Assembly (NCBI GenBank): GCA_949300385.1
Contig: CASGDZ010000002.1
Location: 42,989 to 106,988 of the forward strand
Length of the DNA: 64,000 nt
DNA from: an uncultured Christensenella sp.
GTDB lineage: Bacteria; Bacillota; Clostridia; Christensenellales; UBA1242
Direction: 5' to 3'
Within the stretch, counting starts at the first letter, position 1. Each line of letters starts with the position of its first letter. Shown here piece by piece: positions 47,201 through 57,429 of this stretch. The notes below the pieces were generated by a model. The model was not told the DNA's origin. It worked only from the letters and a program-made list of their open reading frames with translations, and made no database searches. Position numbers and translations under genes: made by a program.

Positions 47201-50200
47201 GTCGCAGTAATAAGTTTAAATAATTCAAGTAATGCCGAAAATCCTACTATCTCTAAGGTTGGACAGGCAATAAAAATTGCACGAAATCAACTCGTGGATC
47301 TTAACGCCAAAAAGGATAATACACAATCCAACAATTCAATAGAATTATCATTTAATTTATTTGAGACAACATATGCAAAATCATATGTACTTGAAATTTA
47401 TAATAAATCGAATGAAGAAGCAATCAATGTTAGACAATTTACATTTACTGACCAAAATGATACTGATTTAGATGGTGTAATATCGTTATATTTAGATGAT
47501 TATATTTCTTCTAATTTAAATGATACAATGTTAAGTTCTGAAATCTTCGTTAGATTATATGTCAAATCAAATGCAACCGATATAATAGATGGCGAAACGG
47601 TGTATATTTTCAATTCGCCAGCATCTAGTGAATTAAATTATACTTTATTAGATTCGGTTAGCGATATTAAGATTAAAAATGGCGAACTTACATTTAGTCC
47701 TGTCGAAAACGCAGTGGGTTATGATGTCTATAAATTAGACGGCTCAAATTTAGTAAAAATCAATAATAATTTAATTATTGAAAATCATTATTCACTTGCC
47801 GATATGAGCGGGAATATGAAGATTTTCGTACGCGCAGTATCAGATGAAAATTTAATATATTCTAACTCAGATTTGAGTGCTCAGATACAAGTAAATAAAC
47901 TTAATATCCAGTCTGTGAATGTGGAAAATGGGGATTTGGTGTTGAATTTAGATCCTACAACAATCGGTTTGATATCGACGACTGAGGTTGATGCAAACAC
48001 TGACATATCCACATTTAACGGTGTACTTGTTCGAGTTATTAATGGAAATAATATTTACTATTTTACTTCGACGAGTGAAGGGGTTAAAATATTAGATAAT
48101 AAATTTATAATTGAAGCAAGTAAATTATTAAACTATGGTGTAGATAATATTCAGTTAGAGAATTTGAAATTTAATCTTATTACAAATTACATTGAAGAAG
48201 AAACAATCTACTATCTAAATTCAAACGCTGTCAATCTTGGAGTTTATGGATTATTAAGACCTACTAATTTAATTAAAATAGCAGATTCTAGCAATGAGCA
48301 ACTTGAGTACATATCTTGGAAAGAAAGTGAATTAAATCATATGACAATTCAAGATGTAGATACGAATTTAACTGCTGGATATGTATTGAGAGTTAGAGTT
48401 GGGGATAATATATATTATTCAACTGATATCAACTTAAAATATGCAGATAATGACAAGTTCTTAAGTTATGACAATGTCATTACTTCAACATCAATTCCTG
48501 CACCATACGGCTATGATTTAGACGGAGATGGATTAATAAATGATAACGAAAGATTTATAGCAGGAGTCTACTATTTTGCAGTAAAAGCAGTACCTAATTC
48601 AATAGATGGAGTAAATATTGTATCATCGGCCTATTCGGACGAGTTGATTGTCAATATTATGGTTGCACCTTCTCTCACTATTAAAAACGGACAAATAACT
48701 TGGGATCAAGATAACGATGCGACAGGATACATTGTATCAATCTTTGACCAAAATATGGAATTAAATACTACACCGATTTTCACATATACAGCAAGCGAAA
48801 ATTTCTTCGATTTTAGTGGACAAACTTTTGACAGCCTTACAGGGATATATGGTGTAAAAGTACAATCTATTAGTACCAAAAACAATGTGTTAAATAGTCA
48901 AATAAGCGAAGGAATTTATGTATTTAGATCGAATGAAGCCGAGTCAATAGAAGTAGATGACGGCAACCTTATTCTTGAAGCAAATCAATATTTCACAAAT
49001 GCCGAAATAGAATTTGTGGATAATACTACAGGAAGAAAAGAATATATATACTTCAATTATGAAGACATCGCGAATGACAACATAGACGCTTTAAAATCAG
49101 GAGAAGAAAGCGGTTGGTTAGACTACATTGATAATCAAGACGAAATTAAGTCGGTTAAGAAAATCCTTATAAAAATAAATGATAGCAATATCTTAAATAT
49201 AACACAAGGAAGAAGTTACACTATCAATGTTCGTTTAATTGGTAATAGCAATAATGACTTTGGCGTAATAAATTCAAAGACGACTAAAAATATTAGCCAA
49301 ATAAATGTCGTCAAACTTAGTCAAAGTGCATCTAATGTTGAATTAGTAGAAGTTAATAAGGGTGTATTTAGTTATAATTATTTAGAGAACTATGACGGAA
49401 TTAATCTAAATTTTAATTTTAACAATTCAACAGGCATTTCGCCTTTCTTTGAACAGGTAAAGATTTATCGTGTTTTGTTAGAAACTTCTAGCGCAAAACA
49501 TTATATATATGCTATAGATTTTAATAATTTTAATGAATATTATAGTCTATTAGATGAATCCGATTATTTTATCTTCAGTGATCAAGATAATCTTGGCGGA
49601 TTATATGCGTATGTAAAATACAATTACACGCGTACTGATGGTCAGAGTGGAAGTCTGTATTTTAATGTATATAAAAATAATGAAATTAATTTACGCGATT
49701 ATGACTATTTATACTATTACGATATAATTACAGATGAGTCAAATAGCGAAATCATATATACTTCTAGTGGAGAACGCGCTTATATTGACTTAGCATCGGG
49801 TGGTTCGTTTGTAATTTCTATAAACTTGCTTGGTGGAGATAGCAACATTGAGAGCAATGAAAGTAGTATAATCTCGCATATAGCATATATAAATTCAAAC
49901 GCAATACAGACTAATACATTTGTACGTTATAGCGACAACAATTTGACAGCATACAATGGTCTAATTAAATTCAATGATTTGATGCCGGAAGATGATCTTG
50001 GAGCAGTGATAGACTATCCTATTTATCGTTTAGTTGTGACTCCATTAAATGAAGTTGAAAGTAAAATTATATATGTTTACTACACTTCAGAAGAAGATGC
50101 TAGACAAGTAGTTAATGATCAAAATGCAATATATGTAAAGGCAGAATTTGTTAAGACACTTCCTGATAGCGTACTATTTGATATGTCAAAATATTTTACA

Positions 50201-53050
50201 GCAGGCACATATCAAGTAACTATTCAGACACTTGCAGGATTAGGTAACGACTCACAAAATTCAGATTATTTATTAAATGCGCGCCTACCTATCAATAGTA
50301 CAGTATTTAAGAAAATAACCGACACAACATTCAGAGCAAATTTAGGTGTATTGAATTTTGATATGGCGTATGTCTATGACAATAATGTTATAAACTATGT
50401 TTATAATTATGAAATCACATTAAGTAATGGACAAGAAGAATATGTGTTTGAAATAAATGAAAATACTTCAGGTATTACAATAGATAACAATGCACACACC
50501 ATTTCATATGAACTTCCAGATTCAATACAAATCGGAGAAGAGATTATAACAATTGACAATTCGGCAAATTATACAATTAAAATAAGAGCACTTGCTTTCA
50601 ATAGCCAAGATAGAATAAATGGTACATATGCTCAATCAGATAATGAAGATATAGTGTTATCGTTTACTCGTTCATCAGGTGTGGAAAATGTTAGAATAGA
50701 AGACGGCGTATTAAAATTTGTCGTTATAGATAGAGATAATTTCAGTCAGGCACGAATTAAATTGACATACCTAGATTCTACAAGTAATGAATGTATTGTA
50801 CTCATCACAACACGCGCTAATGAATATATTGAGGACGGAATTTATCAATACCACTATTATGAATTCAGTTATGCAGTTGGTTCGACTTATCCTATTCAAG
50901 GCGGATTGGGCAACATGCAACTCGATTCAGGAATTGATTATAATGTATCAGTTCAAGTATTAGGAAAGAATGGAGAAACTGCTATTTTGAATAGCAATTA
51001 TAGTCAATCAATTATAGCAACACGACTTGCACGAGTTGATACGGCAGATATAAAATCACAGGACGGAATTCTAACTTGGAATGTTGTTGAAAATTGTAAA
51101 GAATATATTGTTACATTGTCAGGAGAAGACACATACACATTTAAGGTTAATACAAATTCAATTGATTTCGAAACAACTTTAGATGAGCAAGGCAGATACC
51201 TTCCAAGCGGAGATTATAAAATATCTATTCGCTCATTGGGCGATGAAATACTTAATTCGCGCGCGTCTAATAAAACGGAAGAATTTACACGATTAGCACA
51301 AGTAAGTAATATTAGAATCGATCCAAATAATTTAAATTCGGTTATTTGGGACGAAGTAAGCAAAGCAACGCGATATGAGGTCATATTCACATATGGAGAA
51401 AATGAGCCTATAACACAATATGTACAAACTAATTCATGTATTGCGCCTAGTGGAATGTCTGGTGCATTTACTATAAAAGTTAGAGCATTATCACAAGGCG
51501 AAGGAAAGACGCTTAACGGAACATATGGTTCGTTCACAAGTAGCACTGATCAGCCACAAGCGGTTGGTGCAGTTCAATGGGATAGCACAAATTATTTCTA
51601 TTATTTTGCTACAGCAAGCGATTTCTCGTCAGGCGACAGAATATTAGTAAGTTACGACTTTAGACCATACATTAAGACGCTTAATGGATATACGATTTCT
51701 CAGGAAAGTGAACAAGTGGAAGTTTATATCAATTACGGGCAGTCGGACGCGCAAATAATGATAGGCGATAGTCTATACTATTTCTATCAACCTACTCGTA
51801 TGGGACTTTATACGAGTGTAGTTGTACAAATAGAGCGAACGGGCAGTCTATATTCAAGTGCGAGTCGCGGTGATGATCTTGATTTCAACATTTTTGCTTA
51901 CGGCAGTGGTACAAGTCTAGACCCATATGGTTTAGGAACGGATACGCATTTGTTAAATATAAAATCGAAACCTAACGCAATATACGAATTGTATAGTTCA
52001 ATTAGTTTGCAATCAGTTGATATTGATTCACGCGTAAATGAAAATGGTGCTATAGTATGTGACGAATTTAGTGGTACAATCAATGGTGGCGGTTATTCAA
52101 TTATTGGAATTGGGGACATAAGTCTAAATTCACGACAAACATTTGGTTTATTCAAGAAATTAAATGGTGCTACTATTGAAAATCTTATGATTGGTTCGCA
52201 GGATAGCAATATAAATATTACAAATTCATTTGCAAATAATGTAGGAGCAGTGATACAATTAGGATTGTTAGCAAGTTATAGTGAGAATTCTAATATTAGC
52301 GAAGTTAACATTTATAATATGAACTTTATAATTAATAGTTCAACAACTATTAGTGGCGCACAAATATATGTTGGCGGTATGTTCGCCCAAGCGGTTAATA
52401 CAACGATAAGTCAATCGTCAATTCAAACAAACATTGAATTTAATGCAACTATTAGCGCTACATCAACTATTTATCTTGCGGGCGCAGTAGCAGAAGCGAA
52501 AACAACAGATATCAGCACAATTGATGTAACCTTTACACTCACACAAAGTGTATCGAGCAACCTATTCACATATGTGGGCGGAATAGTAGGATTCATAAAC
52601 GGAGGAACTGATTCAAATTACGCGATTAATGAATCTAACGCAAATGTCACAATGTCAAATGTATATACCGTATACTTCGGCGGTATAGCGGGTGTGGCTA
52701 GAAATATTGATATTACAGCAAGCGAGACTAGTGGCAGGTTTGCGAATACTAATCTCACTGGCGGCAAGTATATTGGCGGTATTGTAGGTATGGGAACAAG
52801 TGTTAGAATCACAGAGTCAGATGTATACTTAGTATTTGAATTCAATATCGCAAATACGAGCGCTCTATATATCGGAGCACTTGCGGGTTACTTAAATACA
52901 ATCAACAACATAGAGTGCAGTTATGATTTATGCAATATTGGGTATGATTTCATTAATGGCGCAACAACTTATACAACTAATAATATGAATATCGGTGTTT
53001 ATGGCTATCGTTCAAACGATGTCATAACTGGTACATGTGAAAGAATTTAA
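44243..53050 (+). CDS. Giant surface lipoprotein (2935 aa): Big_2 domain, long Fn3-like repeat array, C-terminal GLUG-motif beta-helix
   Basis: It has a lipobox (FFAFGC) and an N-terminal Big_2-like domain (ITLVVGESYKPNIIIQPSYADNTGYTLSSSNDQYLSVNG). Many modules carry the W..V.NA..Y.V signature (LSWNNVMYAGSYNIYM, ISWDNIENATQYVVEI, ITWDQDNDATGYIVSI, LTWNVVENCKEYIVTL, VIWDEVSKATRYEVIF). The C-terminus has FSGTINGGGYSI, FGLFKKLNGATIENL and repeated GG[IM][VAF]G turns (VGGIVGFI, FGGIAGVA, IGGIVGMG). Confidence 0.8.
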   Translation: MSKVKNRGIYILIILAFLSFFAFGCEKELRVDDIYFAEESITLVVGESYKPNIIIQPSYADNTGYTLSSSNDQYLSVNGDTITANKVTDSAVYLQVTSSDNNLKTDIIRVYVIVQTITLDTPRNLTYNSDNQSISFSAVEYAQSYILRVNGQDINIGNVTNYSLADLSTRINGNVFDTKLNIQVRAVANTNTSAYKNSELSSAIMFYQTSAPSNADITNGVLSYSGNADKYAILFNDDNILSTSLTTIDLTLDAKYAGMSGELSVVAMTEGEEIGVQYYNSQPTELNVNVLDVASANVQAGVLSWNNVMYAGSYNIYMDSKLQANVQDNFISISDFADYGTIVNNDSGYNITIDPILYENSKNILRTNAKSEALIINKLSTPIVINNAGLISWDNIENATQYVVEISYVLNAETKKESMTISNNSIDISANNFPSNIEYTISVKAINTTNSSIYYLDSDYASIQVFKEDEADIYIENYKLYINSTIQDKYLVKIDDNEPITITADSNITEYDLTGIEFNVGEHSISVCHLGDENSSSSNATLITFVQLGLLDNAQIENGVASASSSLQFETLLFEIYNGQSSFYSTTGLSLNINTTEQAGEGYLPSGNYKLYISALGDGSKTFSSKEKSELDFEVLATPTFDFVNKDSTTISFSEIENAKNYLLLFNEQQIELNTNSYEFDISAGQTIEFFVQAIGNGSNTLSSNLSQGHKVIKLNTPSLSFNNTTDVIEKIDNNDAELVNGYSFVQVINGMLTTIDYDFNSPYTQFSAGENNFTLMLIARDADTDNNISYLNSDSVSLMINVINGETEIYIDSQNRLVIKSQDLNEHALLLNIISNDERIELEGREGTLSNKNKDINLNYTFDNGVYYVEILNNDYTLKISTLSEFYVQVKLLADDEGMANSTLSESKTIEFENPTTFNVEQFDDENIAFSNLAKNYTEYALLIDGNKTLPLTNDSVSLDADAGVIKVKVAYIYENIEENTEVISVAVISLNNSSNAENPTISKVGQAIKIARNQLVDLNAKKDNTQSNNSIELSFNLFETTYAKSYVLEIYNKSNEEAINVRQFTFTDQNDTDLDGVISLYLDDYISSNLNDTMLSSEIFVRLYVKSNATDIIDGETVYIFNSPASSELNYTLLDSVSDIKIKNGELTFSPVENAVGYDVYKLDGSNLVKINNNLIIENHYSLADMSGNMKIFVRAVSDENLIYSNSDLSAQIQVNKLNIQSVNVENGDLVLNLDPTTIGLISTTEVDANTDISTFNGVLVRVINGNNIYYFTSTSEGVKILDNKFIIEASKLLNYGVDNIQLENLKFNLITNYIEEETIYYLNSNAVNLGVYGLLRPTNLIKIADSSNEQLEYISWKESELNHMTIQDVDTNLTAGYVLRVRVGDNIYYSTDINLKYADNDKFLSYDNVITSTSIPAPYGYDLDGDGLINDNERFIAGVYYFAVKAVPNSIDGVNIVSSAYSDELIVNIMVAPSLTIKNGQITWDQDNDATGYIVSIFDQNMELNTTPIFTYTASENFFDFSGQTFDSLTGIYGVKVQSISTKNNVLNSQISEGIYVFRSNEAESIEVDDGNLILEANQYFTNAEIEFVDNTTGRKEYIYFNYEDIANDNIDALKSGEESGWLDYIDNQDEIKSVKKILIKINDSNILNITQGRSYTINVRLIGNSNNDFGVINSKTTKNISQINVVKLSQSASNVELVEVNKGVFSYNYLENYDGINLNFNFNNSTGISPFFEQVKIYRVLLETSSAKHYIYAIDFNNFNEYYSLLDESDYFIFSDQDNLGGLYAYVKYNYTRTDGQSGSLYFNVYKNNEINLRDYDYLYYYDIITDESNSEIIYTSSGERAYIDLASGGSFVISINLLGGDSNIESNESSIISHIAYINSNAIQTNTFVRYSDNNLTAYNGLIKFNDLMPEDDLGAVIDYPIYRLVVTPLNEVESKIIYVYYTSEEDARQVVNDQNAIYVKAEFVKTLPDSVLFDMSKYFTAGTYQVTIQTLAGLGNDSQNSDYLLNARLPINSTVFKKITDTTFRANLGVLNFDMAYVYDNNVINYVYNYEITLSNGQEEYVFEINENTSGITIDNNAHTISYELPDSIQIGEEIITIDNSANYTIKIRALAFNSQDRINGTYAQSDNEDIVLSFTRSSGVENVRIEDGVLKFVVIDRDNFSQARIKLTYLDSTSNECIVLITTRANEYIEDGIYQYHYYEFSYAVGSTYPIQGGLGNMQLDSGIDYNVSVQVLGKNGETAILNSNYSQSIIATRLARVDTADIKSQDGILTWNVVENCKEYIVTLSGEDTYTFKVNTNSIDFETTLDEQGRYLPSGDYKISIRSLGDEILNSRASNKTEEFTRLAQVSNIRIDPNNLNSVIWDEVSKATRYEVIFTYGENEPITQYVQTNSCIAPSGMSGAFTIKVRALSQGEGKTLNGTYGSFTSSTDQPQAVGAVQWDSTNYFYYFATASDFSSGDRILVSYDFRPYIKTLNGYTISQESEQVEVYINYGQSDAQIMIGDSLYYFYQPTRMGLYTSVVVQIERTGSLYSSASRGDDLDFNIFAYGSGTSLDPYGLGTDTHLLNIKSKPNAIYELYSSISLQSVDIDSRVNENGAIVCDEFSGTINGGGYSIIGIGDISLNSRQTFGLFKKLNGATIENLMIGSQDSNINITNSFANNVGAVIQLGLLASYSENSNISEVNIYNMNFIINSSTTISGAQIYVGGMFAQAVNTTISQSSIQTNIEFNATISATSTIYLAGAVAEAKTTDISTIDVTFTLTQSVSSNLFTYVGGIVGFINGGTDSNYAINESNANVTMSNVYTVYFGGIAGVARNIDITASETSGRFANTNLTGGKYIGGIVGMGTSVRITESDVYLVFEFNIANTSALYIGALAGYLNTINNIECSYDLCNIGYDFINGATTYTTNNMNIGVYGYRSNDVITGTCERI

Positions 53051-53066
53051 CAAAATAGGGGAGAAA

Positions 53067-53705
53067 ATGAATTATTCGGATAGCATATTAGAAAATAAAT
53101 TATTCAATCTGTTTAAGCAAGGCTTATACTATATAGTTTTATCTATAATCATTATTTTGGTTGGCTGTTTAGTCCTTGTATACGGCTTTCATTTTCGCCC
53201 TTATAATGTTTTAACAAATAGTATGTATCCGGTATATGGTGCGGGCGATTTAGTTGTAATTAAACCGCAGAGCGATTATAATGTAGGCGATACTTTAAAA
53301 TTTGACCATAATGGCACACCAACACTTCATAGATGTGTAGCAAAGTTTGAATATAGTGGCACTATCTATTATATTTGTCATGGTGATAATGTACAAAATT
53401 TAGACGGCAGTGACGCAGATCAAGATTGGCGTGACGATGTCGAGTGGATAAATAATAAAGATAATATTGATATTGAGAGTATGACACCAAATGAGATTGA
53501 AACACAATTAGGAATTAATGCTCAAGTTGTATCAGAAAACAAGGTCGAAGGTGTAGCCGTTACAAGTTTTTCTAGATGGGGAACATATTTTGAATTTATT
53601 AAAGAACACAATGTTTTAATTATCGCGATAGTAATATCAATTTGGTGCGTTGTGGAGACAATACAAAACGAGACGGAAATTAAGCGAAGTTTGAGGTTAA
53701 TGTAA
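53067..53705 (+). CDS. sipW: SipW-type (ER/archaeal-type, S26B) signal peptidase I
   Basis: It aligns with B. subtilis SipW motif by motif: NSMYPVYGAGDLVVIKP (GSMEPT..G), GDTLKF (GDIITF), TLHRCV (VTHRI), CHGDN (KGDNN). It also has a C-terminal TM helix. I set the start at MNYSD, after GGGGAG. Confidence 0.75.
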   Translation: MNYSDSILENKLFNLFKQGLYYIVLSIIIILVGCLVLVYGFHFRPYNVLTNSMYPVYGAGDLVVIKPQSDYNVGDTLKFDHNGTPTLHRCVAKFEYSGTIYYICHGDNVQNLDGSDADQDWRDDVEWINNKDNIDIESMTPNEIETQLGINAQVVSENKVEGVAVTSFSRWGTYFEFIKEHNVLIIAIVISIWCVVETIQNETEIKRSLRLM

Positions 53706-56107
53706 TGTATAGAGCAAAAACCAAAACTAAATTAGCATATAGTTTACTCGCCATACTTGGCGTGGTTTTTGCATTTATAATAGGGGTCACATATTGTGCT
53801 TCTGCGTTTTTACTCAATGTCGGGAGCAACGGATATTCGACTTCTACATTTGTCGCGAAACAACAATACGCAATCATTAATGATACGAAGACTAGTCCAA
53901 TTCCTTTTGGATCAGGTGCGCATAACTATGAAGTAGCGATACAATATTCGTATAGTTACGATATAGATGTAAGGATAAAATATTCATTATCTTGGTCGGA
54001 CGGGCTAGATACTCATAATGTAATATTGAATTATGCTAATCGTGATAACTTCATGGTAGATGATACATATATATATGTTCGCGATACAATAGACGCAGGT
54101 ACAGGGAAATTGACAATTTTTACAGGGGTTGATTTTACCGATACAAACGATTTAAATTATGTCGGCGCGTATTTGACGATAAATATCGACGAAGTAAAAG
54201 TATATAAAGCACAAGACTCATATAATAGCGAACATGCGCTTGTAAAAGATATAAATTTAAACAATTATCCATCAGCACAAGCGTGGTTAAAATACAAGCA
54301 AAATGATAGTTCTTCGTCTGCATTTGTTATCTCATACAACAAACTATATGGTCAATATGGTGCAAAACACCCTATTAATGCCGGCGCATATTCAAAATTA
54401 AGTGATAATTATCGTTGGTTGGGTGGAAATCAATATTACGCAGGTGTAGGTATATATATTGTAACGGGTAGTAGTCCTATAAAATTGACTGCGAAGGTTA
54501 GTGCTAGGTGGATATCTTCTGGCAGTGGGCAGTCTGGACAAATCTATGAAAACAATATTAAGTTAAATTATGCAGATAATTGGCAAATAGATTCAACTCA
54601 AACGGACGAGATATTCCCAACTTATTATTATACAATGCAAATACCTGCGCATAGTGCAGTATATATCGAGATAATTGATAATTTAGAAATAACTACACGA
54701 GGTTCAAATTTTGATACTAGCGTATATTCAAATAGTCAAGCGGTAATATTTTCGTTATATCTGAACGAAGACAATTCAGTATTTACATATATAGAAAATA
54801 GTAGTATTTCATTTGGAGAGATTGAAACTTCGAATTCAAGTTTAGTTAGTTCAGTCAATACCGCCTATAGTCAAGAAGATTATACAATAATAAATTCGAC
54901 GGATTATTCATCTCTACTATACACTTATAATAACACAGCGAGTCAGCAAGTATATGAAATAAACCTTAGTGTTACAAATAATACTGCAAACGCCATGCAG
55001 TTGAATTCGCTGTCATTTACATTGGGTTATTATGTTTCAAATGGTAACAATAGCCCATATTTAGGTGATGACTTTGGCTCGACAGATTGGTATAGATGGG
55101 AAGATAGTGCAAGTTCTTCTTATATATCGGTCAGAGAGTCAAGCAATAATTATATACCGGCGTATAGTACAACAAATATTTCAACATATATAACAGTTTC
55201 CGCCAATTTCCAAACAGATTTAATTGAAAACAATTTTGGCAGTTATGATTGTTATGTATACTTAATTCCGAATTTGTCAATCTCAACAATTTCGTCCAAT
55301 ATTTCACAATCAGACATTGAATTTGGAGTGGATGAAGACAGCAATTTAGGTGTTTTCTATTTAAAAAATAATACAACATCAGTTTTGAATATTACATCAG
55401 TTAGTTTAAAACTGCAAAAAATCAATTATGAGTTCACTGCACTACAAACATTCCCTACAACTTGGGCTAATGATTACTGGCAATATTATGTTTATGACAG
55501 CGCAAGTGGAACTTATATTAGAAATACTACTTCTGATCAAAGTGCGGGAGCAAGGAATTTCTATCAATTAACTATTAATAACGAAACTATCTCGTTTAAT
55601 AATGCAACTAGTTATAATGGATTTTCTCGTTCAGGGGATACATTTACTAATTCGAGCGCAAAATTAAAGCCGGGAGAAACGATTCTGGTTGCAACTATGC
55701 CACTTACTTTCACTATAAATAATGGATATGTGCGTTATGCAATGCAATATTTAGATAGTTCTACTCCAAGCGTAAACGCTTCTGCATCAAATAACGATAC
55801 TATTGATATTATGTTCGAAGGAACGGATAATGCATATATAATAAACAATTCAGATTCAGCATATTTCGTACGATTTACAGGCACGACAATGCAAAATACT
55901 GGTATACTAACAGACGGAAGTTGGAATTATTTTATAGGTATAGTTCGTGCAGGACAAATACAAAAGATACCAATGTCTAGCGTTACAGGAACAATCAATG
56001 TCGAATACATTTTAGTGCCAGAGACATTCACATCTTCCACCCTCTCGAGTTGGTCGCCTAGTCAATCAGTCTTAGACGCATTTGATACTTACTTTTTAGG
56101 AGAATAA
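53705..56107 (+). CDS. Large secreted S/T/N/Y-rich protein (800 aa), candidate fibre-associated or accessory component
   Basis: Its ATG overlaps the sipW stop (TAATG). It has an N-terminal hydrophobic signal ending in CASAFLLNVG. I recognised no catalytic motif, and the composition suggests a beta-rich fold. Confidence 0.55.
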   Translation: MYRAKTKTKLAYSLLAILGVVFAFIIGVTYCASAFLLNVGSNGYSTSTFVAKQQYAIINDTKTSPIPFGSGAHNYEVAIQYSYSYDIDVRIKYSLSWSDGLDTHNVILNYANRDNFMVDDTYIYVRDTIDAGTGKLTIFTGVDFTDTNDLNYVGAYLTINIDEVKVYKAQDSYNSEHALVKDINLNNYPSAQAWLKYKQNDSSSSAFVISYNKLYGQYGAKHPINAGAYSKLSDNYRWLGGNQYYAGVGIYIVTGSSPIKLTAKVSARWISSGSGQSGQIYENNIKLNYADNWQIDSTQTDEIFPTYYYTMQIPAHSAVYIEIIDNLEITTRGSNFDTSVYSNSQAVIFSLYLNEDNSVFTYIENSSISFGEIETSNSSLVSSVNTAYSQEDYTIINSTDYSSLLYTYNNTASQQVYEINLSVTNNTANAMQLNSLSFTLGYYVSNGNNSPYLGDDFGSTDWYRWEDSASSSYISVRESSNNYIPAYSTTNISTYITVSANFQTDLIENNFGSYDCYVYLIPNLSISTISSNISQSDIEFGVDEDSNLGVFYLKNNTTSVLNITSVSLKLQKINYEFTALQTFPTTWANDYWQYYVYDSASGTYIRNTTSDQSAGARNFYQLTINNETISFNNATSYNGFSRSGDTFTNSSAKLKPGETILVATMPLTFTINNGYVRYAMQYLDSSTPSVNASASNNDTIDIMFEGTDNAYIINNSDSAYFVRFTGTTMQNTGILTDGSWNYFIGIVRAGQIQKIPMSSVTGTINVEYILVPETFTSSTLSSWSPSQSVLDAFDTYFLGE

Positions 56108-56108
56108 A

Positions 56109-56798
56109 TTGAGATATAAGAGCAAAGGGATTTTAATATTGTCGTTATTCGCCACAATGGTGTTAATCTTTTTGCTCGCAATAAATGTCGTTTTGGCTTA
56201 CTTTACTTCAAGGAGCAGTGCAAATGGAATATTTACATTCGGTGAACTTAATGTGAATTATGTATATCGAACGATGACTTCGGGTGCGAGCGTCGCAGTG
56301 AGTGGCAATACACTTAACCTTATACCAGACAGCACACAAATAAAGAGAGGAGATACATTTTTGTTTAAGTTGAACGACAATGGTGTTGCGACTGATACAA
56401 TAGAGAGTTTGCAATTTCGTTCAAGTGCAAATTCAACATCTGCATATATTCGTTTTAGAGTAAATGCTTACATATTGAATTCATCAGGGGAAATAATTAA
56501 TAATACTAATTATGGTCAGTATTTTAGATTAAACTATGGTTCAGCGTATGTGACCTATAACACAATTACAAACAATTCAGAGACAAATACAATCTATTAT
56601 GTTACACGCGCACTGCCTAGTAATACCACATATACATTTGCTAATAGCATGACACTTTTAACTAATGCACCTGCCGAAATACTAAATACTGATGTAAAAA
56701 TCACAATCACATTTGAAGCAGTACAAGCATCTAACGAGGCTTATAAATCAGTCTTTAATGACGGGTGGGGATATTTAAACGAGGAGTATTGGACATAA
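56109..56798 (+). CDS. TasA/camelysin-like protein with SipW-cognate signal peptide
   Basis: It uses a TTG start after AGGAGA. The signal peptide ends in VVLAYFTSRSSANGIFTFGELNV, and the C-terminal strand is KITITFEAVQASNEAY, typical of the family. Confidence 0.65.
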   Translation: MRYKSKGILILSLFATMVLIFLLAINVVLAYFTSRSSANGIFTFGELNVNYVYRTMTSGASVAVSGNTLNLIPDSTQIKRGDTFLFKLNDNGVATDTIESLQFRSSANSTSAYIRFRVNAYILNSSGEIINNTNYGQYFRLNYGSAYVTYNTITNNSETNTIYYVTRALPSNTTYTFANSMTLLTNAPAEILNTDVKITITFEAVQASNEAYKSVFNDGWGYLNEEYWT

Positions 56799-57422
56799 AT
56801 GTTAAAAAATAGGTACAAGTCAAATTCAATATTAATTTTAGCACTAATTTTAATATGTGCTTGTGTTTTTGTACCTATGATGGTAGTTCAAGCATGGTTC
56901 ACCGCAGGAGAAGGCAAAAGCATTGAAATTGTTGCACACATTGCTGATATCAATATAAAATTATATCAAGTGGATGATCAAAACAATGAAACTAATATTG
57001 AAAGTGATACCCCAACCTATATTGATTTGACGAATGGCGGTGAGAATTTAGAGATTTTACCGGACGAGCAATATTCGCTTCATTTGGTTTTAAAAAATGA
57101 AGATGTAGGCGCTACATCTGTGAAATTGCGCTTTAGCATTGAGTTTTATATCAGTACGAGTGATGGAGACCAACTTATTAATAGTGAAATTATAGGATAT
57201 ACTAACCCGACTAATGATTCAAACGGATTTATATATTCTAATACAGATAATTATTATGTCTATAGTTCACTTGACGGGAATGAGCAGACTTTCCCTTCTG
57301 GTTCTCAAGTGGACATTATAACAGGATTTACGATTCCATATAATTCATTTATAGACTCAAACGGAGAACCTATATTAAATGGCAATAATTTAAAGATTGT
57401 TGTATCAGTGGAAACTTATTAG
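56799..57422 (+). CDS. Second TasA-like protein with SipW-cognate-type signal peptide
   Basis: It starts immediately after the previous stop codon. The signal peptide ends in MVVQAWFTAGEGKSIEI, and the size is similar to the neighbouring TasA-like protein. Confidence 0.55.
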   Translation: MLKNRYKSNSILILALILICACVFVPMMVVQAWFTAGEGKSIEIVAHIADINIKLYQVDDQNNETNIESDTPTYIDLTNGGENLEILPDEQYSLHLVLKNEDVGATSVKLRFSIEFYISTSDGDQLINSEIIGYTNPTNDSNGFIYSNTDNYYVYSSLDGNEQTFPSGSQVDIITGFTIPYNSFIDSNGEPILNGNNLKIVVSVETY

Positions 57423-57429
57423 GAGTGAA

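Noticed and set aside
53037-53066. In-frame upstream extensions of sipW (53037), the anchor protein (57397), sufB-like (58894) and dnaI (37533).
   Set aside because: In each case a canonical SD sits directly before an internal ATG (53067, 57430, 58918, 37554), and the extension overlaps the preceding CDS.
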